Source of the DNA: an uncultured bacterium
GTDB lineage: Bacteria; Oederibacteriota; Oederibacteriia; Oederibacteriales; Oederibacteriaceae
Length of the DNA: 64,000 bases
Direction: 5' to 3'
NCBI GenBank assembly: GCA_965112635.1
Contig: OZ218778.1
Span: 1,632,001-1,696,000 of the forward strand
Numbering within the stretch: position 1 is the first letter of the stretch; each line of letters starts with the position of its first letter. Both the position numbers and the translations under genes were made by a program. Of this stretch, positions 10,331 through 18,702 are shown piece after piece. Under the pieces are notes generated by a model that made no database searches, was not told the origin of the DNA, and worked only from the letters and a program-made list of their open reading frames with translations.

Positions 10331-11765
10331 GATTATGTCAAGTTTTCGGGTGTAAGTTGTTAAGTCCACGGGTAGTAGGTTAAGCAACATTTAGCAAGCC
10401 TTCCTGAACCAGATCACCTCCTTGAGATTTCCAGAGTTTTCTTTTAGACCAATTATCTTCCTGAGTGGTAGAAACAGACCAGACGATCTTAGCGACCTCC
10501 AATTCGGAGTGCATGGTGCCGGCAGCACGGGTGCGCCGTTTGATCTCGGCGATAAAGCGTTCGATGAGATTGCTGGAGCGGAGAGTGCGCCAGACATGCT
10601 GGGGTTCGTTCATGAAGGTGGTGAGGTTGTCGAACCTATCGAGAGCCATAGCCGTAGCTCTAGGATAGAGTTTCATCCAGCGAGCTTGGAGGCGGCCAAA
10701 GGCCTGGAGAGCCAGTTTGCGGGAATCGGCCCAATAGATAGCTTTGAAATCGTTAAGGAAGGCACCCCAGTCACGGCGAGGCATAATGGCTCTGAGGTTT
10801 CGGATCTTGTGGACCAGGCAGAGCTGGTGAGGGACAGCCAGGAGGTTTTTGACGGCCTGCTCAATGGCCTTGTGTTCATCGGAGATGACGAGCCTGAGGG
10901 TGTTGCGGTTAAGGCCTCTTTTGAGGAGGTCATTGATAAAAGCCTGCCAGGAGTCCAAGGACTCTCTATCGCCGAGAAGGAAACCCAGGACATGGCGATT
11001 GCCAAAGGAATCCATGCCTAGGGCGAGCAATAGAGCTTGTTTGGAGGTAAAACCAGGTCTTCTGACAGGCAGGTAGGCGGCGTCCAGGAGCAGGTAGGTG
11101 ATGTTGGGAGGAATGGGACGATTCATCCACTGACGGATGGCTGGCTCCAAGGCGTTGGTGAGAGTGGAGACGGTGGAGTGAGAGAGCTTTGTGCCCAAAG
11201 CGGCATTTATCTCAGCGGCGGTAGAGCGAGTGGCAGCGCCTTTGAGCCAGAAGCGGATGGCGAGGAAGGAAGCCAGGCCTTTTCCAGCTTGTTTGAGGGC
11301 GGTAAGCAAGGGCGAGTGAAGGGACCCCTGGCGTAGAGCTGGTTTGTGCAGAAAAAGTCTGCCAAAAAAGCCGGGGACAGAGGTGGATTTAAAACCGTTT
11401 CTTTTAGGGCTGTTTTCAAGGCGTTCATAAGGCTGACGGCCCAAAAACTCGTCCCTTTCAGCCTCCAGTTGAATATCTAAAGCCTGGGCAATGATGGCAT
11501 TGACCTCCTGGCCAATTACTTCCAGAGCGACACCGGGCTGTGCGATCTTTCTGACTTTTTCTCTGATTTTCTGATTCGTATAAATCTCAATTCTTTGGGA
11601 TAATGACTTCACGGGTGTAGACCTCCTTTTATTTTGGGTTTGGTGACCTAAGCAATCACCTAGTCTACGCCCGTGGACTTATTTTTGGGGCCGCAAGGTT
11701 AGATTGCTGCAATCTAACCTTGCCTTTCCCCTCGTTGAAGTTACACCCAGGAATGGTACACAACC
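10331..11765 (-). mobile_element. IS256-family insertion sequence, 1435 bp
   Basis: Imperfect 28-bp terminal IRs (gattatgtcaagttttcgggtgtaagtt vs reverse complement ggttgtgtaccattcctgggtgtaactt), 9-bp target duplication ttattgtta, higher GC than flanks. Confidence 0.93.
10380..11612 (-). CDS. IS256-family (Mutator-type) DDE transposase
   Basis: RNG motif, LLLDA / VISDE / QLCLVHK / SNLIER catalytic pattern; GTG start with AGGAGG SD. Confidence 0.93.
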   Translation of the reverse strand: MKSLSQRIEIYTNQKIREKVRKIAQPGVALEVIGQEVNAIIAQALDIQLEAERDEFLGRQPYERLENSPKRNGFKSTSVPGFFGRLFLHKPALRQGSLHSPLLTALKQAGKGLASFLAIRFWLKGAATRSTAAEINAALGTKLSHSTVSTLTNALEPAIRQWMNRPIPPNITYLLLDAAYLPVRRPGFTSKQALLLALGMDSFGNRHVLGFLLGDRESLDSWQAFINDLLKRGLNRNTLRLVISDEHKAIEQAVKNLLAVPHQLCLVHKIRNLRAIMPRRDWGAFLNDFKAIYWADSRKLALQAFGRLQARWMKLYPRATAMALDRFDNLTTFMNEPQHVWRTLRSSNLIERFIAEIKRRTRAAGTMHSELEVAKIVWSVSTTQEDNWSKRKLWKSQGGDLVQEGLLNVA

Positions 11766-11774
11766 TTATTGTTA
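11766..11774 (+). repeat. IS256 target-site duplication, right copy (ttattgtta)
   Basis: Identical to 10322-10330. Confidence 0.9.
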
Positions 11775-12362
11775 TGTTGCTGCATATTTTAGATACTCTC
11801 ATGACAATGGGGGACAGCCCCCATTGGAGTTTGCGGGCGAGTCAACTTATGTGGAGAATTTAAGAAAAGAATGGACAAACTATTTCATGGAGCAAACCGA
11901 TCACTTCTGTGCTTCTCACGCGATTACAAAGGAAATGTTTGATATGGCACTAAATTTTCAAGACTATTGGGATAGTGAATCTATCAATAGGGCAGGCCGT
12001 CTCATAACCTATATTAAGAAATCTTTTTGGGATGAAATACCTGGAACTTTGAAAGAATTTGTTGGGAAACCCTTTGAATTAGATTTGAAGGATCAAAACC
12101 CATAAAATTGCTGAGTAGCACCCCGTGGTCGCAGCCAACATTCTCCCTACCCACCCATTTTCTAGCCCTTAGGACAACCGCTATTCCATCCTTCGGCGGT
12201 TGGACATTTGCCGTAACGCCAAAATAGAAGAAAAGTGTGAAAGTTTGACAGAGGCAGGGAAGGGAATAAAATTTAAGCACAGCACCAGATTGACGCAACC
12301 GATAAAGTGAGCTGCCGGCTGGTTTATGAAACATATGATTTTACAGAGGACAAAGTAAAAAA

Positions 12363-13571
12363 ATGGGGATGAAAAGAGATGATATGGCAAAACTTTTTGA
12401 TGAAATGCCGAGGCTGGATTTAAGCGACTTCCAATACGGCGAAAGTACTTTCGGATATTTGAACAAATCTGCAAAACCTGTGATAGAAAAAGCACGAAAC
12501 ACCATTTTGGAGTGGTTTAAATATTACCCGGAGGAAAGAAAAGAAGAATTTGTTTCTCGTTTTAGGGATGAGAATCATCATCTTTCTGCCTTCTATGAGC
12601 TTTTTACCCATGAGCTATTAAGAAATTTAGGTAGTAAAATAAAATTTCCCCAAGCAGGAAAATTCAAAAAGAATAACGTCCCTGATTTTCTAGTCGACGA
12701 TCCTTATGGGAAAGAATTCGTTCTTGAGGCCTGTTTGGTAGCTAGAGAATCAGATAAAAAGAAAGCTGGTGGCAAGATCCGAAATCAGGTCTTGAGGTTG
12801 ATTGATAATTATGATTCCCCGAATTTTTCTTTTAGACTATCCGAAATAGGATATCCTGAGAAAGCAGTGTCATTGGCTAAAATTGAAGCCAGTCTGAAAG
12901 AATTTGTAGATAAATTAGATTACCAGGAAATTATGAAAGCGTGTAAGGAGAAAAGAGATAGGGTTATTCCTAGGTTAGATATTTGTGAGGGAAAATGGAC
13001 ATTGCGTGTGTACCCCATCCCTAGAGGGAGAGTTAAATTAGATAGAAAACAACGCAAGGGTGTCGGAATACTCTCCCAGGGCGTAAGTTGGGCCGGTGAT
13101 ATTCGGATGAAAATATTAGATAAATTGAAAAAAAAGTCGTCAAAATACGGTGATATTAAAAAGCCCTATGTCATTGCTATCAATCTATTTTGTGACGGTG
13201 TAGACCAAATTGAGGAGGCTTTATTTGGGGAAGAAGCCACGGCCCCGAGAATAAATTATCGAACGAAAGATACTGAATTACTCAATTTTAGAAAAAATAA
13301 CGGTTTTTGGGGGCCGGATAGAAAAAAGAATAAAAGAGTGAGCGCAGTTCTAGTAACCTCTTATTTAGGCCCTGGATATGTTTCAAATGTCTATGCCTAT
13401 TTATACCACTGCCCGTATGCTGCGTACCCCTTAGACACGACTTTAATAAAACTGCCTCAAGAAAAATGGCATATTGAGAAAAATGGACAAATAATATTTG
13501 AACATGTAGAGGGAGCGGAATTAAGTCAGTTTGTAAAATATCCGCTTTGGGAATATTCCCAATTTCATTGA
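12363..13571 (+). CDS. Hypothetical protein with PD-(D/E)XK nuclease-like motif
   Basis: SAFYEL..., VPDFLV...FVLEA, KKKSSKY..KPYVIAIN pattern of restriction-endonuclease-fold proteins. Confidence 0.6.
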   Translation: MGMKRDDMAKLFDEMPRLDLSDFQYGESTFGYLNKSAKPVIEKARNTILEWFKYYPEERKEEFVSRFRDENHHLSAFYELFTHELLRNLGSKIKFPQAGKFKKNNVPDFLVDDPYGKEFVLEACLVARESDKKKAGGKIRNQVLRLIDNYDSPNFSFRLSEIGYPEKAVSLAKIEASLKEFVDKLDYQEIMKACKEKRDRVIPRLDICEGKWTLRVYPIPRGRVKLDRKQRKGVGILSQGVSWAGDIRMKILDKLKKKSSKYGDIKKPYVIAINLFCDGVDQIEEALFGEEATAPRINYRTKDTELLNFRKNNGFWGPDRKKNKRVSAVLVTSYLGPGYVSNVYAYLYHCPYAAYPLDTTLIKLPQEKWHIEKNGQIIFEHVEGAELSQFVKYPLWEYSQFH

Positions 13572-13586
13572 AATAAGGAGGGCAAA

Positions 13587-14462
13587 ATGAATAATTTAAA
13601 ATTTAATGCAACATTAATGACTTCCCATCGGAATAAATTGGGTTATAAGCCAAAGGTTGAGGACATGTTAGCTCACCTTGAATATTTTCAAAATAAACCT
13701 CTTATTAACAAGGACCATGATATGACTAAAGAACCGATTGGAAGAGTAATAGAGGCTCAACTAACATCAATTGAAGATGGAAAAGAAGCAAAAATTGAGG
13801 GCGTTGTTGAGATTTTTGCAAATGGGTGTGACCCTAAACAAATAGAAAAAGAAATACTGGGAAAGGGATTCAGTCCGTCATTTCAAGACGGAGATTTCAC
13901 ACTTTATCCACAAGGTAATCAGGAATTTACCAATCCCATACAAATTGAATTTGACGCCTATGCAGCAAGCGATATTCAACTTTATTTTCAAGGGAAAAAG
14001 TGGGCAGAAAAGCTTAAATGCCCCATCACGTTTATTCGGGTCCGTCGTCATGCTGCTGAGGGTGTGGGTGTATGGATTGCATTTCAGGTCGGGGCCTATT
14101 TCTTTAAGAAAATATTGGATGACATCGGTTTGTATGAATGGTTAAGAGATGAATTCGTAAAATTAGGACAAGCTAATAAAGATGGTAAGGAAATTAGAAT
14201 CCGTATTGAAGGAGCAAGTGGGCCCCAAGAAACTCCTAATAAAGTAGATGTTTACTTTAGGGGAACAGAGGGTGACCTACAAAAATATTTTGTTGATCCT
14301 CAAACAATAAATTGGCTGAAAGAAAGATGTAATGAGACTGTGCAAAAGACTGAACAAAAAGCACACAAGATTTATTCATTTAACCCCCAATTAAATAATT
14401 TTATTGAAGTGAAATTAACCGAAATAGAGAATCCTAGCCATATTATTGATCAGTATAGGTAA
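13587..14462 (+). CDS. Hypothetical protein with N-terminal phage prohead-protease-like domain
   Basis: KPLINKDHD...PIGRV and GFSPSF resemble the HK97-type protease His and Ser motifs; strong SD AAGGAGGG. Confidence 0.55.
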   Translation: MNNLKFNATLMTSHRNKLGYKPKVEDMLAHLEYFQNKPLINKDHDMTKEPIGRVIEAQLTSIEDGKEAKIEGVVEIFANGCDPKQIEKEILGKGFSPSFQDGDFTLYPQGNQEFTNPIQIEFDAYAASDIQLYFQGKKWAEKLKCPITFIRVRRHAAEGVGVWIAFQVGAYFFKKILDDIGLYEWLRDEFVKLGQANKDGKEIRIRIEGASGPQETPNKVDVYFRGTEGDLQKYFVDPQTINWLKERCNETVQKTEQKAHKIYSFNPQLNNFIEVKLTEIENPSHIIDQYR

Positions 14463-14489
14463 AAACTAAACCAAAAGGCAAAAATGTAA

Positions 14490-14518
14490 TTGCTTTATTT
14501 AGCACATTTATAGATAAT
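14490..14518 (+). promoter_or_regulatory. Putative sigma70 promoter for the HEPN-antitoxin-SecB unit
   Basis: TTGCTT-17 bp-GATAAT. Confidence 0.4.
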
Positions 14519-14541
14519 CAGCCTAACTTAAATAAAGGGAT

Positions 14542-15057
14542 TTGTTACTAAACTCTAGGGATTTCAACTATATGCCAACGCAACCAATAGAAGAGCAGAA
14601 AACAGAAGATCTTTTGGGAAAAATTAAAACTAAATATTACGAGAAGGCTCTAGAAAATTATCTTTGCTATCTGTCAGAAAATGAAAATAGACGATATAAT
14701 ACAAAAATATCCCGCTTATATTATGCTTTATACCTTGCATGTAAGGGAAATTTATTCATCAATAGACAATATGGGCCGAATGAAAATATAGACGAAAAAA
14801 ATGGACGGCCTGACGAATGGATAAATCACCATGAAATACATGTAAAGATTAATCAAAAATATCCTAGTGACAAAGAACTTCAAACAAGGTTAGTCTATTA
14901 CCCTACAGTTGTTGATTTGCGGCATAGAGCCGATTATTACCGCAGACATGTTTCAATGGATAGAAGCGATATTCAAACAGTGTTAAAGGCCGAAGAATTA
15001 ATAAAACTAATTTCAGAAAGATCATACAAGGAAAAATATGAACAACCTCAAAGTTGA
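14542..15057 (+). CDS. HEPN-domain protein (UPF0332-like), putative RNase toxin
   Basis: ISRLYYALY and LRHRADY motifs; start may be ATG 14572. Confidence 0.75.
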   Translation: MLLNSRDFNYMPTQPIEEQKTEDLLGKIKTKYYEKALENYLCYLSENENRRYNTKISRLYYALYLACKGNLFINRQYGPNENIDEKNGRPDEWINHHEIHVKINQKYPSDKELQTRLVYYPTVVDLRHRADYYRRHVSMDRSDIQTVLKAEELIKLISERSYKEKYEQPQS

Positions 15058-15655
15058 TAACGAAATTTCCGAGAAGCTGACCAATATTTGTGAACTTATC
15101 CAAGCAGAATTTCCCAATGGGGTTGTGTTGGCTGATGAGGGAAAATATCTAGATTTTTACAGAATATTGGTAAGAAATATTAGCGAATCCGAAGAATCTA
15201 AATATTGGAAATTGTATGAAAAACTTATGATTGAATTTGGACTTAAACAGAATTTACCATTACTCATATCATTAGCCGAAGGATTTCAACCGGTTTCTAA
15301 GGAAGAGGTAATTTGGGAAAACATTATTGCTGATAAATCACACATTCAAGTAAACTATGACGCTTTTTCACCTTCTTTCGTTATGGATTCTTTTATAAAA
15401 GAATCCATAATAATTAACAAAAGTCTCTATGAATTGAGTATTGACGATTTACCAGCATCATATTTTGATTTATTGCATAAGCCAAAAATATTTTATGTCA
15501 GTAATCCAGTTCTCGGTATAACAAGCGGTGCGGTAATAGAGTTAAAATCGAATTCGTTTTATACCGAACCAAGTTATCCTATGCCAATTAACTGTAATGA
15601 TATTACTTCTAATCAAGGGCTCGCATCAAATCAAGAGCTCGCACTGGCGGCTTAA
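15038..15655 (+). CDS. Putative antitoxin with long C-terminal tail ending in ssrA-like degron
   Basis: Overlaps the HEPN gene by 20 nt and the secB-like gene via TAATG; C-terminus ASNQELALAA. Confidence 0.62.
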   Translation: MNNLKVDNEISEKLTNICELIQAEFPNGVVLADEGKYLDFYRILVRNISESEESKYWKLYEKLMIEFGLKQNLPLLISLAEGFQPVSKEEVIWENIIADKSHIQVNYDAFSPSFVMDSFIKESIIINKSLYELSIDDLPASYFDLLHKPKIFYVSNPVLGITSGAVIELKSNSFYTEPSYPMPINCNDITSNQGLASNQELALAA

Positions 15656-16125
15656 TGGATAAAACAAAACAACCGGGGATAAAATTCTCGTCAATTTATT
15701 TAAAATCCGTTCAATTTGAAGTCTTGACTGAGACTTTCAAAAATGAAAAGGGATTGCAAGCATCCTTTGGTTTCCAAGGTTCTGAAAAGATATCAGAAGA
15801 TAAAAAGCATTTAATGGTTGAACTAGGAATAAAAATTAACGAAGAAAAAAAGGAGGGAGCACCATTCTTTCTCTTTGCTAATTTTGTTGGGCATTTCCAA
15901 ACAATGGACAATGAATCAAACCTTCCTCTTGAAGACTTCGCTAAAAAAAATGCTTTTGCAATCATGCTGCCTTATATTAGAGAATTTGTTTCAAATATTA
16001 CTACTCGTACTCCGTATCCCCCTCTTATGATTGACCCAATAAACATTATGGCTCTTTTAGAAGATCAAATAAAGAAACAGAATATTGATAATAATAACCA
16101 ATCTGAAAATCAAAACAAAATATGA
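15655..16125 (+). CDS. SecB-like chaperone
   Basis: IYLKSVQF, G.F, NAFAIMLPYIREFVSNITTR..YPPLMIDPIN signature of the SecB family. Confidence 0.88.
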   Translation: MDKTKQPGIKFSSIYLKSVQFEVLTETFKNEKGLQASFGFQGSEKISEDKKHLMVELGIKINEEKKEGAPFFLFANFVGHFQTMDNESNLPLEDFAKKNAFAIMLPYIREFVSNITTRTPYPPLMIDPINIMALLEDQIKKQNIDNNNQSENQNKI

Positions 16126-16138
16126 ACATTTAAAATCG

Positions 16139-16160
16139 GCACCGAATAATATTTCGGTGC
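16139..16160. terminator. Hairpin between convergent secB-like and recombinase genes
   Basis: gcaccgaa-taatat-ttcggtgc, 8-bp stem. Confidence 0.5.
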
Positions 16161-16187
16161 ATAATTTAAGTTTCTAGCAAATCTAAC

Positions 16188-16754
16188 CTACAATTCATTT
16201 ACTGCTCTCTTTAATTGTTGAAAACCCACGCCAATATATTTCCTCGTGGTTGATATATCTGTATGGCCAAGGAGCTCCTGAATGACGGGAAGGTGTACTC
16301 CTTTTTCTGCGAGTCTGGTACCAAAGGTTTTACGAAGAGTATGGCTGGAGAGCTTTCCCATTAGACCTGCCTTGCCGAAGATCCGATACAACAGACGGTT
16401 CACGTGGCGTGGATCAAGGTGCCCGTGGTTCCGTCCAGGGAACAGGTGATCTTCAGGGGTAACGGTTTTATTTTTATTCCGACCATTTCTACGCATCATC
16501 AGAATAGCCTTCTTAGCATTCATGTTTATGGGAATAGCCCTTGCCTTGTTGTTTTTCGTCTCACTTCGTCTCAGATAGAGCAGGGGAGGAACTTGGTTGT
16601 TCTGCCACACGTCCTGCCAGCGAAGGGAGAGTAGCTCACCGACGCGTAGTCCAAGATTGATTCCCAAGAGAACCATTGATCGTTCCCTAGTATCACTGCA
16701 TGCCCGTAATGTCTTTCTGATCTCGCCCTTAGTAAGTGGCCTGGCTCCTTTCAT
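16188..16754 (-). CDS. Small tyrosine recombinase (catalytic domain only)
   Basis: GLRVGEL (R), TKN (K), HTLRKT (HxxR), LLGH and TTRKY (Y) all intact; 188 aa; SD AAGGAGG. Confidence 0.92.
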   Translation of the reverse strand: MKGARPLTKGEIRKTLRACSDTRERSMVLLGINLGLRVGELLSLRWQDVWQNNQVPPLLYLRRSETKNNKARAIPINMNAKKAILMMRRNGRNKNKTVTPEDHLFPGRNHGHLDPRHVNRLLYRIFGKAGLMGKLSSHTLRKTFGTRLAEKGVHLPVIQELLGHTDISTTRKYIGVGFQQLKRAVNEL

Positions 16755-16779
16755 AGTTTTAGCCTCCTTTTAGTTGAAT

Positions 16780-16831
16780 TGTCCGATAACACGCCTTTTC
16801 GGACATCCTCATAAGGCCATTTATGGTCCAA
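16780..16831. other. Tandem Xer/res-like recombinase binding sites upstream of the recombinase
   Basis: tgtccgataa-cacgcc-ttttcggaca followed by catcctcataa-ggccat-ttatggtccaa; inverted arms around 6-bp spacers. Confidence 0.6.
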
Positions 16832-16944
16832 TTGCTCAAGCCTTAAAAGACTAAATAATGGCAAGGCGTTCTTTGAGCTGGCATCCTATTCATTAAGGAA
16901 TGAGGGGATATAATTGAGTTAATCATTTTTAGAAAAAGGAAAAC

Positions 16945-18180
16945 ATGGACGAACCATTTATATTTTTTGAGCAGCAAGCATATAAATTTAGGGAAAAGTT
17001 GGATTTACCCACTGAATTTATTGGTGAAGCCATAGATATATTAAGAAATGCATTTGGTGAGGAATGGATAAGAACAAGAGCAAATTCAAAAGATAAATCA
17101 ATCGCATTGCCCTTAAGGGATCATCCAATAGGTGAGTATTTTTCAACCCCTTCCGAATCACAAATTGTTGGAGCTTTAGAGCTTGCTGTTTATTTAAAAC
17201 GATTGATGAATGTAAAGAAAATAGAAAAAGTTATAACCCAAATGAAAGATAAGTTTTATCCACATCACCTTCAATTGGCATTTGGGTATAGATTTCTTCG
17301 TTGTGGTGCAACTGAATTAGAGTTTGAGCCGGAGGCTCTCAGCGGACGCTTTGGCGATATATTTTTTAAGATTGATGGCAAACCAATTATGGTTGAGTGC
17401 TATGTCCCACATATTCAAACAGTAGATACATCTAGAGAATTTCATTATTCAACAGGACCAATATTTAAATCTATTAAAGATGGTAAGAAAAGGATTTGTA
17501 TTCATTTAGTTAAATCAATTACCCCAGAGGATAGAAAACGGATACAAACTTTAATTATTAATGCCATTAGCAGTTCAAGTAACGATCAAATTATTGAATT
17601 AAAAGATGAAGCAGCAACTATTTCTATAGAAGATATTTCCTTTCTGAAGGAAGATAGCGATTTTTCCGAACCTGGAAGCCCCCCAATGAAGCTGTATGGA
17701 GATGCAGATTGGGGGGTGAATGAACAGAGAATTGCAAAAGAGCAAATACCCGATGTCCGATTGGGTACCGCCCCGAGAAATATATTGAGCCGAATATTTG
17801 TTTGGAAAGCACCGCAAGAAAAAAACAATGTTGAGATCGAAGAAAGGATTAAGGAATTAGAAAAAAAGATAAAGGACAAATTAGCTCAAACAAAACATAA
17901 TGACGGCGCGGGAAGGTTTTTAATTATAAATATTCCTGAGGCCCTCGACCTAAATAGTAAAACATTCAAGATAGTTAAGTGTTTAAATGAGGAAATTATT
18001 CGTAAATGCAAGAATATGGCAGGAATGATATTGACTCGACGAATATGGACAGATAAAAATAGATATATTCATGGCGGTATGTTGATGGAAGGGCATCCCC
18101 AGTATCGTTTTATAAATACATTCTATGATAAGTTGAATTTATTTGAACGGGGAAATGACATTATTAAAGATTATAAATAA
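16945..18180 (+). CDS. Hypothetical protein with PD-(D/E)XK nuclease-like motif
   Basis: EFEP...FGDIFF...IMVEC, and KDKLAQ...FLIINI pattern. Confidence 0.55.
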   Translation: MDEPFIFFEQQAYKFREKLDLPTEFIGEAIDILRNAFGEEWIRTRANSKDKSIALPLRDHPIGEYFSTPSESQIVGALELAVYLKRLMNVKKIEKVITQMKDKFYPHHLQLAFGYRFLRCGATELEFEPEALSGRFGDIFFKIDGKPIMVECYVPHIQTVDTSREFHYSTGPIFKSIKDGKKRICIHLVKSITPEDRKRIQTLIINAISSSSNDQIIELKDEAATISIEDISFLKEDSDFSEPGSPPMKLYGDADWGVNEQRIAKEQIPDVRLGTAPRNILSRIFVWKAPQEKNNVEIEERIKELEKKIKDKLAQTKHNDGAGRFLIINIPEALDLNSKTFKIVKCLNEEIIRKCKNMAGMILTRRIWTDKNRYIHGGMLMEGHPQYRFINTFYDKLNLFERGNDIIKDYK

Positions 18181-18202
18181 AAAAAATTAAAGGTGGTAAC
18201 GC

Positions 18203-18529
18203 ATGGCTACCAAAAAATCATATCCCAATGATTTTACTAAGAGGAAGATTGAAGCTTATTTTCTAACACCAATACCAGACAAAGTTCGTAACGAAGTGTT
18301 GGAATGCCCTGGGGGATACATCCTCCAGGAAGTCAGACCTCATTGGAGGGAGCAAAGTCGGGTTACCCGGCATCCCTTTGCCAAGATGATTTATGTGGAT
18401 AAGACAGATGAGTGGAAAGTTTGTTGGCAACGGGCTAATGGAGATTGGAATCTACTTCATACGCTCAAGACCTTGGATGAAGTTCTGGTATTTATCAATT
18501 CCAATCCCAATGGTTGCTTTTTTGGATGA
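18203..18529 (+). CDS. DUF3024-like protein
   Basis: EVRPHW...PFAKM.Y....WKV.WQRANGDW...GCFFG C-terminus. Confidence 0.7.
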   Translation: MATKKSYPNDFTKRKIEAYFLTPIPDKVRNEVLECPGGYILQEVRPHWREQSRVTRHPFAKMIYVDKTDEWKVCWQRANGDWNLLHTLKTLDEVLVFINSNPNGCFFG

Positions 18530-18702
18530 ATAGGTGAGGGTTGCCAGTTTTAGGGGGTTAGGTCACTATTGCTACCCTTACGTTCCGGGCCTTATATAGA
18601 TAGGCTCTGCCTGGGGGAGTATAATTAAATTTAACAGATACATTCATCTATCAACCGACTTGCATACGTACTTATCACCCAAAACAGAAGGAGGGTGAAC
18701 AA

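Larger units (their letters stand above)
10041..12105 (+). pseudogene. Hypothetical protein (about 206 aa when restored) disrupted by IS256
   Basis: Removing the IS (10331-11765) and one TSD copy joins ...EGAYC to YVAAYFRYSH... in frame through to the stop at 12105. Confidence 0.85.

Noticed and set aside
11704-12105. Stand-alone 133-aa gene
   Set aside because: Its first ~21 codons are IS end sequence; it is the 3' half of the interrupted gene starting at 10041
12110-12230. Integron attC-like hairpin (caaccgct...ggcggttg)
   Set aside because: RYYYAAC/GTTRRRY boxes do not pair convincingly, it is not repeated between other genes, and the nearby recombinase is too short to be IntI
15560-15700. 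tmRNA gene or fragment suggested by the ALAA tag
   Set aside because: No tRNA-like ends or resume context; the tag is the in-frame end of a 205-aa ORF coupled to the next gene
16804-16831. Chromosomal dif site
   Set aside because: Only the inner CATAA-N6-TTATG matches; the outer XerD arm diverges, the site is duplicated, and it abuts a local recombinase
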